Origin: Bacteroidales bacterium
Lineage (GTDB): Bacteria; Bacteroidota; Bacteroidia; Bacteroidales; GCA-2711565
Assembly: GCA_963678785.1 (NCBI GenBank)
Contig: OY787449.1
Location: 2,783,835 to 2,847,834, forward strand
Length of the DNA: 64,000 bases
Direction: 5' to 3'
The notes beneath the pieces are model-generated. The model saw only the letters and a program-made list of their open reading frames with translations, was not told where the DNA came from and did no database searches. Of this stretch, positions 48,002-57,660 are shown in pieces (within the stretch, counting starts at the first letter, position 1; every line of letters starts with the position of its first letter). Both the position numbers and the translations under genes were made by a program.

Positions 48002-50071
48002 ATGATACAAAGAAATAAATATAAATTATCCAAAGCGGATAAAAAACTCACCATCAAAAATACCGATAAAAAGATCCTCGAGAAGTGGTACACTTTAATG
48101 GTCTTAGGTAGAAAACTTGACGAAAAAGCACCCAATTACCTTAAGCAAGCCCTCGGGTGGTCTTATCATGCACCTTATGCTGGGCATGATGGAATTCAAT
48201 TGGCCATCGGACAGGTTTTTGAAAAGGAGAATGATCATCTTTTTCCCTATTATCGCGATATGTTAACCAGTATTTCTGCTGGTTTAACGGCCGAAGAAAT
48301 TATTTATAACGGAATTTCAAAAGATGCAGATGTAGCAGGTGGAGGTCGACATATGTCGAACCATTTTGCCAAGCCCGAATGGAATGTTCACAATGTTTCT
48401 TCAGCAACAGGAAATCACACCTTGCATGCCGTAGGAGTAGCAAGGGCGATAAAATATTACAACGGAGAAGGTGTAGCGATTAGTTCTCAAGGAGAATCAT
48501 CAACCTCTGAAGGTTATGTTTATGAAGCCATCAATGGTGCCAGTAACGAAAAATTACCGGTAATCTTTGTTTTTCAGGATAATGGTTTTGGAATTTCCGT
48601 TCCGAAAGCGGAGCAAACTGCCAATCCCAGAGCGGCCGATAATTTCCTCGGATTTAAAAATTTGGAAGTTATTTATTGTAATGGAAAAGATCCTTTCAAC
48701 TCAATGAATGCAATGATTAAGGCAAAGAGGGTTGTAAAAGAAAAGGGTGTTCCGGTAATTGTTCATGCAAATTGTGTTCGAATTGGTTCACACTCAAATT
48801 CTGATCGACACGATCTGTATCGTGATCAAAATGAGTTATTAGAGGTTAAAGGGCAAGATCCGTTAAAGAGATTCAGAGGTCGTTTATTGTACTCCAAAAT
48901 CTTTACAGAGGCTGAGCTTGATGCCATTGATGCACAGGTTAAAAAAACAGTTTCTGCTGCTCATAAAAAAGCCATTACTGCTGCTGACCCTTCACCAGAA
49001 TCAATTCATGATTTTGTGATGCCCGAGCCTTATGTTTCAACAAAATATCCTGATGGGTTGACTCAAGGAAAAGGTGAGCCTAAAAGACTGATTGAAGCAT
49101 TAAATGAGACCTTAAAAGCGGAATTTAGAGCCAATCCCGATACCTTTATTTGGGGACAGGATATGGCCAATAAAGATAAGGGTGGAATTTTTAATGTGAG
49201 TAAAGGTTTACAGCAGGAGTTTGGACCAAAGCGTGTTTTTAATGCACCCATTGCTGAAGATTATATTGTGGGCACAGCCAACGGAATGACACGATACGAT
49301 AAGAAGATCAGGGTTGTTGTTGAGGGAGCCGAATTTGCGGACTATTTTTGGCCAGCTATGGAGCAATATGTTGAGCTATCACATGAATACTGGAGGACAA
49401 AAGGACAATTTTCACCAAATGTCACCGTAAGATTAGCTTCTGGTGGATACATTGGTGGAGGTCTGTATCATTCTCAAAACATTGAAGGCGCATTAAGCAC
49501 TTTACCCGGTGTTCGGATCGTTTATCCTTCTTTTGCCGACGATGCCGCAGGATTATTGAGAACAAGTCTTCGATCGGAGGGACCTACTTTGTTTTTGGAA
49601 CCCAAAGCCTTGTATAATGATCCAATTGCTGAGGCCCTTGTTCCTGATGATTTTGAAGTTCCGTTTGGGAAAGCCAGAATTAGAAAAGAAGGATCGGATT
49701 TGACCATCATCACCTATGGTAATACCACTCACATGAGTCTGGAAGTTGCCGAAAAAATTTCCAAGGAAATGAACAAAAGTGTGGAAGTGATTGATATCCG
49801 TTCACTCATTCCATTGGATAAAGAATCCATCAAAAACTCCATCAGGAAAACCAATCGTGCTTTGGTTGTGCACGAAGACAAAGTTTTCTCAGGTTTTGGA
49901 GCCGAATTGTCGGCAATTATTGCCAGCGATTGTTTTGAGTCTTTAGATGCTCCGGTTAAAAGAATCGGATCAACATTCACACCTGTAGGCTTCAATCGAA
50001 TCTTGGAAAAAGCAGTGCTCCCGAATGTTGATAAAATTTATTCAGCAGCAAAAGAATTACTCGAGTACTAA
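48002..50071 (+). CDS. 2-oxoacid dehydrogenase E1 component, fused alpha/beta subunits (TPP-dependent)
   Basis: 689 aa. The N-terminal half is E1-alpha-like with a TPP motif region (GESSTSEGYVYEAINGASNEKLPVIFVFQDNGFGIS). The C-terminal half is E1-beta/transketolase-like (FNAPIAEDYIVGTANGM). Confidence 0.85.
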   Translation: MIQRNKYKLSKADKKLTIKNTDKKILEKWYTLMVLGRKLDEKAPNYLKQALGWSYHAPYAGHDGIQLAIGQVFEKENDHLFPYYRDMLTSISAGLTAEEIIYNGISKDADVAGGGRHMSNHFAKPEWNVHNVSSATGNHTLHAVGVARAIKYYNGEGVAISSQGESSTSEGYVYEAINGASNEKLPVIFVFQDNGFGISVPKAEQTANPRAADNFLGFKNLEVIYCNGKDPFNSMNAMIKAKRVVKEKGVPVIVHANCVRIGSHSNSDRHDLYRDQNELLEVKGQDPLKRFRGRLLYSKIFTEAELDAIDAQVKKTVSAAHKKAITAADPSPESIHDFVMPEPYVSTKYPDGLTQGKGEPKRLIEALNETLKAEFRANPDTFIWGQDMANKDKGGIFNVSKGLQQEFGPKRVFNAPIAEDYIVGTANGMTRYDKKIRVVVEGAEFADYFWPAMEQYVELSHEYWRTKGQFSPNVTVRLASGGYIGGGLYHSQNIEGALSTLPGVRIVYPSFADDAAGLLRTSLRSEGPTLFLEPKALYNDPIAEALVPDDFEVPFGKARIRKEGSDLTIITYGNTTHMSLEVAEKISKEMNKSVEVIDIRSLIPLDKESIKNSIRKTNRALVVHEDKVFSGFGAELSAIIASDCFESLDAPVKRIGSTFTPVGFNRILEKAVLPNVDKIYSAAKELLEY

Positions 50072-50244
50072 GTCTGCTTAAGTGTTCATTAATGAGTGTC
50101 TTAACATAATTTAACACTAAACCAATAATAATAAGGATTTACAGTTTCTTTTTATTCTTAAATTTGAGGTGTTAATACTTGAAAATTCAGCTTGTACAGA
50201 ATTTTTAATGATAACTTGCTAATAACGCTTTTGAAATAAAGATT

Positions 50245-51852
50245 ATGAATAGAATAAAAATCAAACACCTACTAAAGGTCGGATTCTTACCGGCCTTTTT
50301 GTTCATTACAATGCTTACCGCCAATGCGCAAAAAGTAGATCCGAATCTTCACAAACTGGCTACTATGCTACAGATTATTCGTTATGCTTACGTTGATACG
50401 GTTAATGAACCCAAGCTTGTTGAAAATGCAATCATTGAAACCTTAAAAGAGCTAGATCCACATTCTTATTATATTTCTAAAGAAGATCTGGAAGCGGTAA
50501 ATGAACCTTTGGTCGGAAGTTTTGAGGGAATTGGAATTTCCTTTCAGATTTTTAAAGATACCGTTCTGGTGATTGCGCCTATCGTTGGTGGCCCGTCCGA
50601 AAAGGTAGGTATATTGGCAGGTGATAAAATTGTAAAGATGGGTGGTGATAAATCTTATGGAGATCACGTTGATAACCAATTTGTTTTTGATCATCTGCGC
50701 GGCCCTAAAGGATCTGAAGTTGAAGTGAGTGTTTACAGAAAAGGAAGAAGTGAATTGCTGGATTTTACAATTATCCGCGATAAAATTCCAATGAATAGCA
50801 TTGATGCCACCTTCATGGTGGATGATAAAATTGGTTATATTAAACTCAGTAGATTTGCTCAAACCAGTACTGCCGAATTCAGAGAATCTTTGGCCACCCT
50901 TAAATCAAAAGGCATGAAAAAACTCATCTTTGATTTAAGAGGAAATTCAGGTGGAATGATGCAGGCCGCCATCGAAATTAGCGATGAAATGTTGAAAGAT
51001 GGAAAGTTAATTGTGTTTACCGAAGGAACCAATAGTCCCGCCCAGAAATTTAATGCCACCAGTCGTGGAAATCTTGAAAATGAAGACGTCGTGATTATGA
51101 TTGATGAAGGCTCAGCATCTTCAAGCGAAATTGTAGCTGGTGCTATTCAGGACTGGGATCGAGGGCTTATTATGGGGCGTAGATCATATGGTAAAGGGTT
51201 GGTGCAGCGTCCTTTCCGTTTACCTGATGGATCGGTGATCAGATTAACTACTGCCAGGTATTTTACCCCAACTGGGAGATCCATACAACGCCCTTACGAT
51301 AATGGTTTAGAGGATTATTATTCTGATATATACAACCGTTTAAAAAATGGAGAGTTTATTCATGCAGACAGCATTCATTTTCCTGATTCATTAAAGTTTT
51401 ATACCCCCGGTAAAAGAGTGGTTTATGGTGGAGGCGGAATTATGCCTGATGTATTTATTCCATGGGATTCAACTATTTATTCAGATTATTATACCGATCT
51501 GATCAGAAAAGGAGTGCTCAATGAATTTACCTTAAATTACGTAGATGATCACCGAAATGATTTAACCACGAAGTATAAAAGCATGAACGATTTTGTTAAT
51601 CATTTCAAAGTCAGTGAAAAGTTATTAAAAGATTTTATCAAATTTGGAGAAAGCAAGGATGTTAAAATGAGTGATGAAGGAATGGGAACATCAAAAGAAC
51701 TTATCACCCATGTCATTAAGGGATTAATAGGTCGGAATATTTGGGATATGGATGCCTACTTTAAAGTAATGATGCAGATTGATGATGGCTTTTTGAAAGC
51801 GGTTGAGAAGCTACAAACCCATGATGCCTTTGCCCAATTGGGACTGAATTAA
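50245..51852 (+). CDS. S41 family C-terminal processing peptidase
   Basis: 535 aa with signal peptide, PDZ region (GILAGDKIVKMGG), RGNSGG, catalytic SASSSEI and GKGLVQ. Confidence 0.9.
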   Translation: MNRIKIKHLLKVGFLPAFLFITMLTANAQKVDPNLHKLATMLQIIRYAYVDTVNEPKLVENAIIETLKELDPHSYYISKEDLEAVNEPLVGSFEGIGISFQIFKDTVLVIAPIVGGPSEKVGILAGDKIVKMGGDKSYGDHVDNQFVFDHLRGPKGSEVEVSVYRKGRSELLDFTIIRDKIPMNSIDATFMVDDKIGYIKLSRFAQTSTAEFRESLATLKSKGMKKLIFDLRGNSGGMMQAAIEISDEMLKDGKLIVFTEGTNSPAQKFNATSRGNLENEDVVIMIDEGSASSSEIVAGAIQDWDRGLIMGRRSYGKGLVQRPFRLPDGSVIRLTTARYFTPTGRSIQRPYDNGLEDYYSDIYNRLKNGEFIHADSIHFPDSLKFYTPGKRVVYGGGGIMPDVFIPWDSTIYSDYYTDLIRKGVLNEFTLNYVDDHRNDLTTKYKSMNDFVNHFKVSEKLLKDFIKFGESKDVKMSDEGMGTSKELITHVIKGLIGRNIWDMDAYFKVMMQIDDGFLKAVEKLQTHDAFAQLGLN

Positions 51853-51873
51853 TACAATCGAAATAGATTATAC

Positions 51874-51907
51874 AAAGCGCCATCAATTCTGATTGCGCTT
51901 TTTTTTG
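51874..51907 (+). terminator. rho-independent terminator after the S41 peptidase gene
   Basis: AAAGCGC (51874..51880) pairs with GCGCTTT (51895..51901), with an inner ATCA/TGAT stem and a T-run. Confidence 0.75.
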
Positions 51908-51979
51908 CATCAAAACAGGCTTTCTTAATTAGAATGGTTAAAATTTGAATAAGCAGGAATATTTATTGATTAAATATTT

Positions 51980-51987
51980 TAATTTTG
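51980..51987 (+). promoter_or_regulatory. -7 promoter box TAATTTTG upstream of the DHOD-like gene
   Basis: Matches TAnnTTTG, 59 nt before the ATG at 52047. Confidence 0.35.
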
Positions 51988-52046
51988 TTTAATCATGTTA
52001 TCTGAATAATGATAATCACAATTTTAATCAAATAAACGGAGGTAAA

Positions 52047-53033
52047 ATGGCAAATTTGACAACCACTTATATGGGCTTTGAATTAAAAAACCCAATCATT
52101 GTAGGAAGTTCAGGCTTAACAAATTCAGTTGAAAATGTAATTGAAATCGAAAAAAACGGAGCCGGGGCTGTGGTGTTAAAATCACTGTTTGAAGAACAAA
52201 TCTTGCAGGAAACAAGCAAAACTATTGCTGAAGATGAGCATGCAAATTCATACCCTGAAGCACTTGATTATATTGCAAATTATTCGAAAGACCTAACAGT
52301 AGATAAGTATTTAACCCTGATCAAAGATTGCAAGAAAGCAGTAAATATTCCAGTGATTGCCAGCATTAATTGCGTGGGTTCTTCAGAGTGGATTAATTTC
52401 GCTTCTAAGATTGAAGAAGCCGGAGCAGACGGGCTCGAATTAAATATCTTTATTCTTCCTTCAGATCCGCGTCAAAGTGCCGAGGATAATGAAAAAATAT
52501 ACCTTGAAATCATTCAGGAAGTGCAAAAAGTAATCAACATTCCGTTGGCGGTTAAAATTAGTTATTACTTTTCAGGTTTGGCTAAAACTGCCCTCAGTAT
52601 GTCGTGGACAGGAATTTCAGCCATGGTTTTATTTAACCGATTTTTCTCGCCTGATATTGATATCGATACTTTTGAAGTTAAACCTTCACATATTTTCAGC
52701 ACCCCCGAAGAAATATCTCTTTCATTGCGCTGGGTAGCTATGCTTTCTAGCCGCATGCATTGTGATATTGCTGCTTCAACCGGTGTTCATGATTCAAAAG
52801 CTTTGATTAAGCAACTTCTGGCAGGGGCCAAAGCAGTTCAAATAAGTTCAGTATTGTATAAGAATGGATTTGGAGAAATCAAAAAAATGACTTCTGAACT
52901 TGAGAAATGGATGGATAAGCATGAGTTTACAAAGGTTAAAGACTTTAATGGAAAAATGAGTATTAAAGAGACAGATAATCCGGCAGCCTATGAGCGGGTT
53001 CAGTTTATGAAATACTTTTCTGGAATAGAATAA
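52047..53033 (+). CDS. dihydroorotate dehydrogenase-like TIM-barrel flavoprotein (paralog lacking the class-1 catalytic Cys motif)
   Basis: 328 aa. It resembles the DHO_dh family over its full length (GFELKNPIIVGSSGLT...ADGLELNI...IAASTGV). It has LELNIFILPSD where pyrD has [18 protein letters not shown] lies 4 nt upstream of the ATG. Confidence 0.75.
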   Translation: MANLTTTYMGFELKNPIIVGSSGLTNSVENVIEIEKNGAGAVVLKSLFEEQILQETSKTIAEDEHANSYPEALDYIANYSKDLTVDKYLTLIKDCKKAVNIPVIASINCVGSSEWINFASKIEEAGADGLELNIFILPSDPRQSAEDNEKIYLEIIQEVQKVINIPLAVKISYYFSGLAKTALSMSWTGISAMVLFNRFFSPDIDIDTFEVKPSHIFSTPEEISLSLRWVAMLSSRMHCDIAASTGVHDSKALIKQLLAGAKAVQISSVLYKNGFGEIKKMTSELEKWMDKHEFTKVKDFNGKMSIKETDNPAAYERVQFMKYFSGIE

Positions 53034-53037
53034 CCAC

Positions 53038-53060
53038 AAGCCTCGAAAGAGGCTTTTTTT
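53038..53060 (+). terminator. rho-independent terminator after the DHOD-like gene
   Basis: AAGCCTC-GAAA-GAGGCTT followed by T7. Confidence 0.85.
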
Positions 53061-53078
53061 ATACCCTCATTCTTGCGT

Positions 53079-53109
53079 TTTGAAATTGAAGTATTAATAC
53101 CTAAATTTG
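53079..53109 (+). promoter_or_regulatory. candidate hmgA promoter (-33 TTTG, 19-nt spacer, -7 TAAATTTG)
   Basis: TTTG at 53079..53082 and TAAATTTG at 53102..53109. Consensus elements and spacing, 31 nt before the ATG. Confidence 0.55.
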
Positions 53110-53140
53110 TAATTTATATTTAATCTAAATTAAATTACAG

Positions 53141-54298
53141 ATGCCTCATTATCATCAGCTCGGAGAATTCCCACATAAGCGTCATACTGTTTTCAGAAAA
53201 GAGGATCAATCTTTATATTCAGAAGAGTTGGTTTCAACCGAAGGCTTTTCCGACGTTTATAGTTTGGTTTATCATTGTCATCCACCAACAAAGGTTTTAA
53301 AAATCGGCAAGCCTTATTCAGTTGCTCCAACCATTGCCATAAAAAGCAATATGCAGCACAGAAGCTTTCAGGGATTTAAGGTGAGACCCAAGGATGATTT
53401 TCTGGAAAGTAGGGTGATTGTTTTAACCAATAATGATTTACACATTGCATTGTCCGCACCAAGGAAATCGATGACTGACTATTTTTATAAAAATTCTCAG
53501 GCAGATGAGGTTCTTTTTATTCATGAAGGAAGTGGCGTTTTGCAAAGTATGTATGGTAAATTAAAGTTTCAGCCCGGTGATCATGTGATCATCCCTCGAG
53601 GAACCATTTACCAAATTAAATTTGAAACAGAGAACAATCGCCTTTTTATTGTGGAGTCGTTCACTCCAATTCGTTTTCCGAAAAGATACGTGAATAAAAG
53701 TGGTCAGCTATTGGAAAATGCACCCTTTTACGAAAGGGATATTAAGCTAATTCAAGAGCTTGAAACACATGATGAGAAAGGGGAGTTTAAAGTTTTGATC
53801 AAAAGAGATGATCTCATATTTCCTTATACACATCAATACCATCCTTTCGATTTGGTTGGTTGGGATGGTTGTCATTATCCTTATGCAATTTCCATTCATG
53901 ATTTTGAACCTATAACTGGCAGGGTGCATCAGCCACCGCCGGTTCATCAAACTTTCGAAGCTCATAATTTTGTAATGTGTGCTTTTGTGCCTCGCATGTA
54001 TGATTATCATCCGGAGGCTGTTCCGGCGCCTTACAATCATTCGAATGTCGATTCAGATGAAGTTTTGTATTATGTGGATGGAGATTTTATGAGTCGTAAT
54101 CATGTCGAGAAAGGACAAATTAGTTTACATCCAACAGGTATTCCGCACGGGCCACATCCCGGAACGGTTGAGAAAAGTATTGGTGCTAAATTTACAAATG
54201 AATTAGCTGTAATGGTGGATACCTTTAAGCCTTTAAAACTTACGAAAGAAGCTTTAGAATTAGAAGATGAAGAATATTACCGCTCATGGATAGAGTAA
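53141..54298 (+). CDS. hmgA: homogentisate 1,2-dioxygenase (short bacterial form)
   Basis: 385 aa cupin-type protein with conserved HQPPPVHQTFE, YNHSNVDSDEVLYY and SLHPTGIPHGPHPG. It sits next to hppD and fahA. Confidence 0.8.
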   Translation: MPHYHQLGEFPHKRHTVFRKEDQSLYSEELVSTEGFSDVYSLVYHCHPPTKVLKIGKPYSVAPTIAIKSNMQHRSFQGFKVRPKDDFLESRVIVLTNNDLHIALSAPRKSMTDYFYKNSQADEVLFIHEGSGVLQSMYGKLKFQPGDHVIIPRGTIYQIKFETENNRLFIVESFTPIRFPKRYVNKSGQLLENAPFYERDIKLIQELETHDEKGEFKVLIKRDDLIFPYTHQYHPFDLVGWDGCHYPYAISIHDFEPITGRVHQPPPVHQTFEAHNFVMCAFVPRMYDYHPEAVPAPYNHSNVDSDEVLYYVDGDFMSRNHVEKGQISLHPTGIPHGPHPGTVEKSIGAKFTNELAVMVDTFKPLKLTKEALELEDEEYYRSWIE

Positions 54299-54391
54299 AG
54301 CTTAATAAGATTTAAATATAATCCGATATTCTTGTTCAGATATTGACTAACAAACTAATTAAAGCATAAAGAATACTAAAAAACACTCAAA

Positions 54392-55486
54392 ATGGATCAA
54401 GATTTTTTACCACTTAAAGGCACCGATTTTGTAGAGTTCTATGTCGGTAATGCCAAGCAGGCTGCATTTTATTATCAATCGGCATTTGGATTTCAGCCCT
54501 TGGCTTATTCCGGCCTTGAAACTGGAAATGCTGAAAAAACCAGCTATGTGTTGAGGCAGGATAAAATCACACTTGTCTTTTCAACTTCACTTCAACCTGA
54601 ATCTGAAATCGGGAAACATGTCGATAAACATGGCGATGGAGTAAAGTTTATTGCACTTAGTGTGGATGACGCGAATCAGGCTTATGAGGAAACAGTTCAG
54701 CGCGGCGCTAAATCTTATCACGAGCCCAAGGTTATAAATGATGATCATGGCTTTGTGACCATTTCCGGCATTCATACTTATGGTGAAACCATTCACCTCT
54801 TCGTTGATCGAAATGCCTACTCAGGTGTTTTTCTGCCTGGATTTAAGGAATGGAATCCGGATTATCAACCCGAAGGGGTTGGATTAAAATATGTTGATCA
54901 TATGGTTGGTAATGTGGGTTGGGGACAGATGACAAAATGGATTGATTTTTATCAGGAAGTCATGGGATTTCGTCAGTTAATTTCTTTTGATGATAAAGAC
55001 ATTTCAACCAAGTACACCGCTTTAATGAGTAAGGTGGTAGCCAATGGCAACGATCGGATTAAATTTCCAATCAATGAACCTGCAAAGGGTGAAAAAGTAT
55101 CTCAAATCGAAGAATACATTAATTTTTATAATGGTGCCGGAGTGCAGCATTTGGCCATGGCCACTGATGATATCGTTGAAACGGTGACCAAACTTAAAAG
55201 CCGGGGTGTTGAATTTCTTTATGTTCCGGATACTTATTATGATGATGTTTTGGATAGGGTAGGAGAGATAGAAGAAGATTTAGAACCTTTAAAAAAATTG
55301 GGAATACTTATTGATCGTGATGATGAAGGTTATTTACTTCAACTGTTTACCAAACCAGTGCAGGATCGACCGACAATTTTCTATGAAATCATCCAGAGAA
55401 AAGGAGCAAAATCATTTGGAAAAGGAAATTTCAAGGCATTATTTGAGGCCATTGAAAGAGAGCAATCGAATAGAGGCACTTTGTAA
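54392..55486 (+). CDS. hppD: 4-hydroxyphenylpyruvate dioxygenase
   Basis: 364 aa with GVQHLAMATDDI and LLQLFTKPVQDRPTIFYEIIQRKGAKSFGKGNFKALFEAIE. Confidence 0.95.
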   Translation: MDQDFLPLKGTDFVEFYVGNAKQAAFYYQSAFGFQPLAYSGLETGNAEKTSYVLRQDKITLVFSTSLQPESEIGKHVDKHGDGVKFIALSVDDANQAYEETVQRGAKSYHEPKVINDDHGFVTISGIHTYGETIHLFVDRNAYSGVFLPGFKEWNPDYQPEGVGLKYVDHMVGNVGWGQMTKWIDFYQEVMGFRQLISFDDKDISTKYTALMSKVVANGNDRIKFPINEPAKGEKVSQIEEYINFYNGAGVQHLAMATDDIVETVTKLKSRGVEFLYVPDTYYDDVLDRVGEIEEDLEPLKKLGILIDRDDEGYLLQLFTKPVQDRPTIFYEIIQRKGAKSFGKGNFKALFEAIEREQSNRGTL

Positions 55487-55502
55487 TTAAAAATGAAATA
55501 GA

Positions 55503-56780
55503 ATGACTAAAGAAGAAAATAAATATAAAAGTTCCTGGCTGGATGTTGATAAAGAATGTGGCTTTGGCCTTGAAAATATTCCCTTCGGAATGTATAAAGG
55601 AAAAGGCAATGTTGCACGACCTGCCACACGAATCGGCAACCAGGTAGTAGATTTGTCTGTGCTGGCAGATTTCGGGTTTTTTGATGATGTAGAATGTTTT
55701 GATAAAAATGTTTTTCATCAAAATACGTTGAATGATTTTATTGGGCTTGGTAAAAGATGCACCAACCATGTGAGGCAACGAATAGCTGAACTCTTTGCAG
55801 AAGATCATGATGAATTAAAACTGAATAAGCAGGCTCGAGAGCATTGCTTAAAACCTTTTGATAGGGTTGAAATGTTGATGCCCGTTGAAGTAGGAGATTA
55901 TACTGATTTTTATTCGAGCATTGAACATGCCACCAATGTAGGTGTGATGTTTCGCGATCCGGAAAATGCCTTACTTCCGAATTGGAAACATTTACCTGTA
56001 GGTTATCATGGGCGGTCTTCTTCAATTGTAATTTCAGGTACCCCCATTCATCGTCCTTACGGACAAATAAAACCTAATGATGATTCTGCCCCTGTTTTTG
56101 CGCCTTCACGATTGATGGATTTCGAACTTGAAATGGCATTTATAACAGGAAAAGAAACAAAATTGGGGGAACAAATTCCAATTAATGAAGCCAAAGATTA
56201 TATTTTTGGCCTCCTTATTTTTAATGACCTTTCGGCACGCGATATACAAAAATGGGAGTATGTTCCATTGGGCCCATTCCTTGGGAAGAATTTTGGATCT
56301 GTCGTTTCTCCCTGGATTGTAACACTTGAGGCATTAGATTCATTTTGGGTTGATGGCCCAAAACAAGAACCTGAAGTTTTGCCTTATTTGAAAAGTGAAG
56401 GAAAGAAGAATCTAGATGTTGAATTAGAGGTTTTTCTGGAAGCTGAGAATAAGAAGCCGTTCAAACTGGCTCACTCCAATATGAAATATCTTTACTGGAA
56501 TATGGAGCAGCAGTTGGCCCATCATACGGTGAATGGTTGTAATATAAATATCGGAGATATGTATGCTTCAGGTACAATTAGTGGGCCTACTCCAGACTCT
56601 TATGGGTCGATGCTTGAACTTTCATGGAAAGGAACAAAACCAATTTCATTACCGGATGGAACAGAGCGTAAGTTTATTGCTGATAATGACACTATTATTA
56701 TGAAAGCCAGGGCAAAAAATTCAGAATGCTGTATAAGCTTTGGGGAAGTCAGAACTCAAATATTAGCCGCAAAAAAATAG
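55503..56780 (+). CDS. fahA: fumarylacetoacetase
   Basis: 425 aa with DYTDFYSSIEHATNVG, GYHGRSSS and FELEMAF motifs. Confidence 0.95.
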   Translation: MTKEENKYKSSWLDVDKECGFGLENIPFGMYKGKGNVARPATRIGNQVVDLSVLADFGFFDDVECFDKNVFHQNTLNDFIGLGKRCTNHVRQRIAELFAEDHDELKLNKQAREHCLKPFDRVEMLMPVEVGDYTDFYSSIEHATNVGVMFRDPENALLPNWKHLPVGYHGRSSSIVISGTPIHRPYGQIKPNDDSAPVFAPSRLMDFELEMAFITGKETKLGEQIPINEAKDYIFGLLIFNDLSARDIQKWEYVPLGPFLGKNFGSVVSPWIVTLEALDSFWVDGPKQEPEVLPYLKSEGKKNLDVELEVFLEAENKKPFKLAHSNMKYLYWNMEQQLAHHTVNGCNINIGDMYASGTISGPTPDSYGSMLELSWKGTKPISLPDGTERKFIADNDTIIMKARAKNSECCISFGEVRTQILAAKK

Positions 56781-56784
56781 AAGT

Positions 56785-57657
56785 ATGAAGAAATTTGATC
56801 CGGCTCAAACCAACATAAAAACATTGCATCAATTGATTCTTGGTTCGGTAGCACCAAGGCCGATTGCGCTTGCAAGCACGATCGATAAGAATGGCATTCC
56901 GAATCTGTCGCCATTTAGTTTTTTTAATGTTTTTGGAGTAAATCCTCCCACGCTAATTTTTTCTCCCTCTCGCCGCGGGCGCGATAACACAACCAAGGAT
57001 ACTTTTGAGAATGTCAGGAGGCATGCAGAAGTTGTCATTAATGTGGTTAATTATAATATGGTTGAGCAAAATAATTTGAGTAGCCACGAATATCCGGCAG
57101 GGGTTGATGAATTTAAAAAATCAGGATTCACTCCAATTCCTTCAAGTTTGGTTAAACCTTTTAGGGTTAAAGAATCTCCTGTTCAGTTTGAGTGTAGAGT
57201 AAAGGAAGTGATTGAAACCAGCCAATTACCAGGAGCAGGTATTCTTGTCATTTGTGAAATTGTGATGATCCATATTGATGATGCCATCTTAAATCAAAAG
57301 GGAGGCATCGATCAGGATAAAATTGATTTGGTAGGCCGTATGGGCGGAGATTTATATTGTAGGACTTCAGGAAATGCAAAATTTACCGTTGAAAAGCCGG
57401 GTTCAGTTGTGGGAATAGGAATTGATTCCTTACCTGAGCAGATCAGAAATAGTGAAGTGCTGACAGGGAATGATTTGGGCAAGTTAGGAGGGTTGCCAAG
57501 TTTACCAACCCAGAATGAAAAGGAAGAAATTTTACATTTAGAGGAAGTGAGAATGGAGATTTCTCAGTTCAAAAATCAAACAAATGCATTGCATCATGCT
57601 GCCCATTCTTTAATAGAGAAAGGAAAAACTTTTAAGGCATTGACCATTCTGCTTTAA
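56785..57657 (+). CDS. flavin reductase-like (FMN-binding split-barrel) protein with C-terminal extension
   Basis: 290 aa. APRPIALASTIDKNGIPNLSPFSFFN is typical of the Flavin_Reduct domain. It starts 4 nt after the fahA stop. The last ~90 aa are unassigned. Confidence 0.75.
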   Translation: MKKFDPAQTNIKTLHQLILGSVAPRPIALASTIDKNGIPNLSPFSFFNVFGVNPPTLIFSPSRRGRDNTTKDTFENVRRHAEVVINVVNYNMVEQNNLSSHEYPAGVDEFKKSGFTPIPSSLVKPFRVKESPVQFECRVKEVIETSQLPGAGILVICEIVMIHIDDAILNQKGGIDQDKIDLVGRMGGDLYCRTSGNAKFTVEKPGSVVGIGIDSLPEQIRNSEVLTGNDLGKLGGLPSLPTQNEKEEILHLEEVRMEISQFKNQTNALHHAAHSLIEKGKTFKALTILL

Positions 57658-57660
57658 GGT

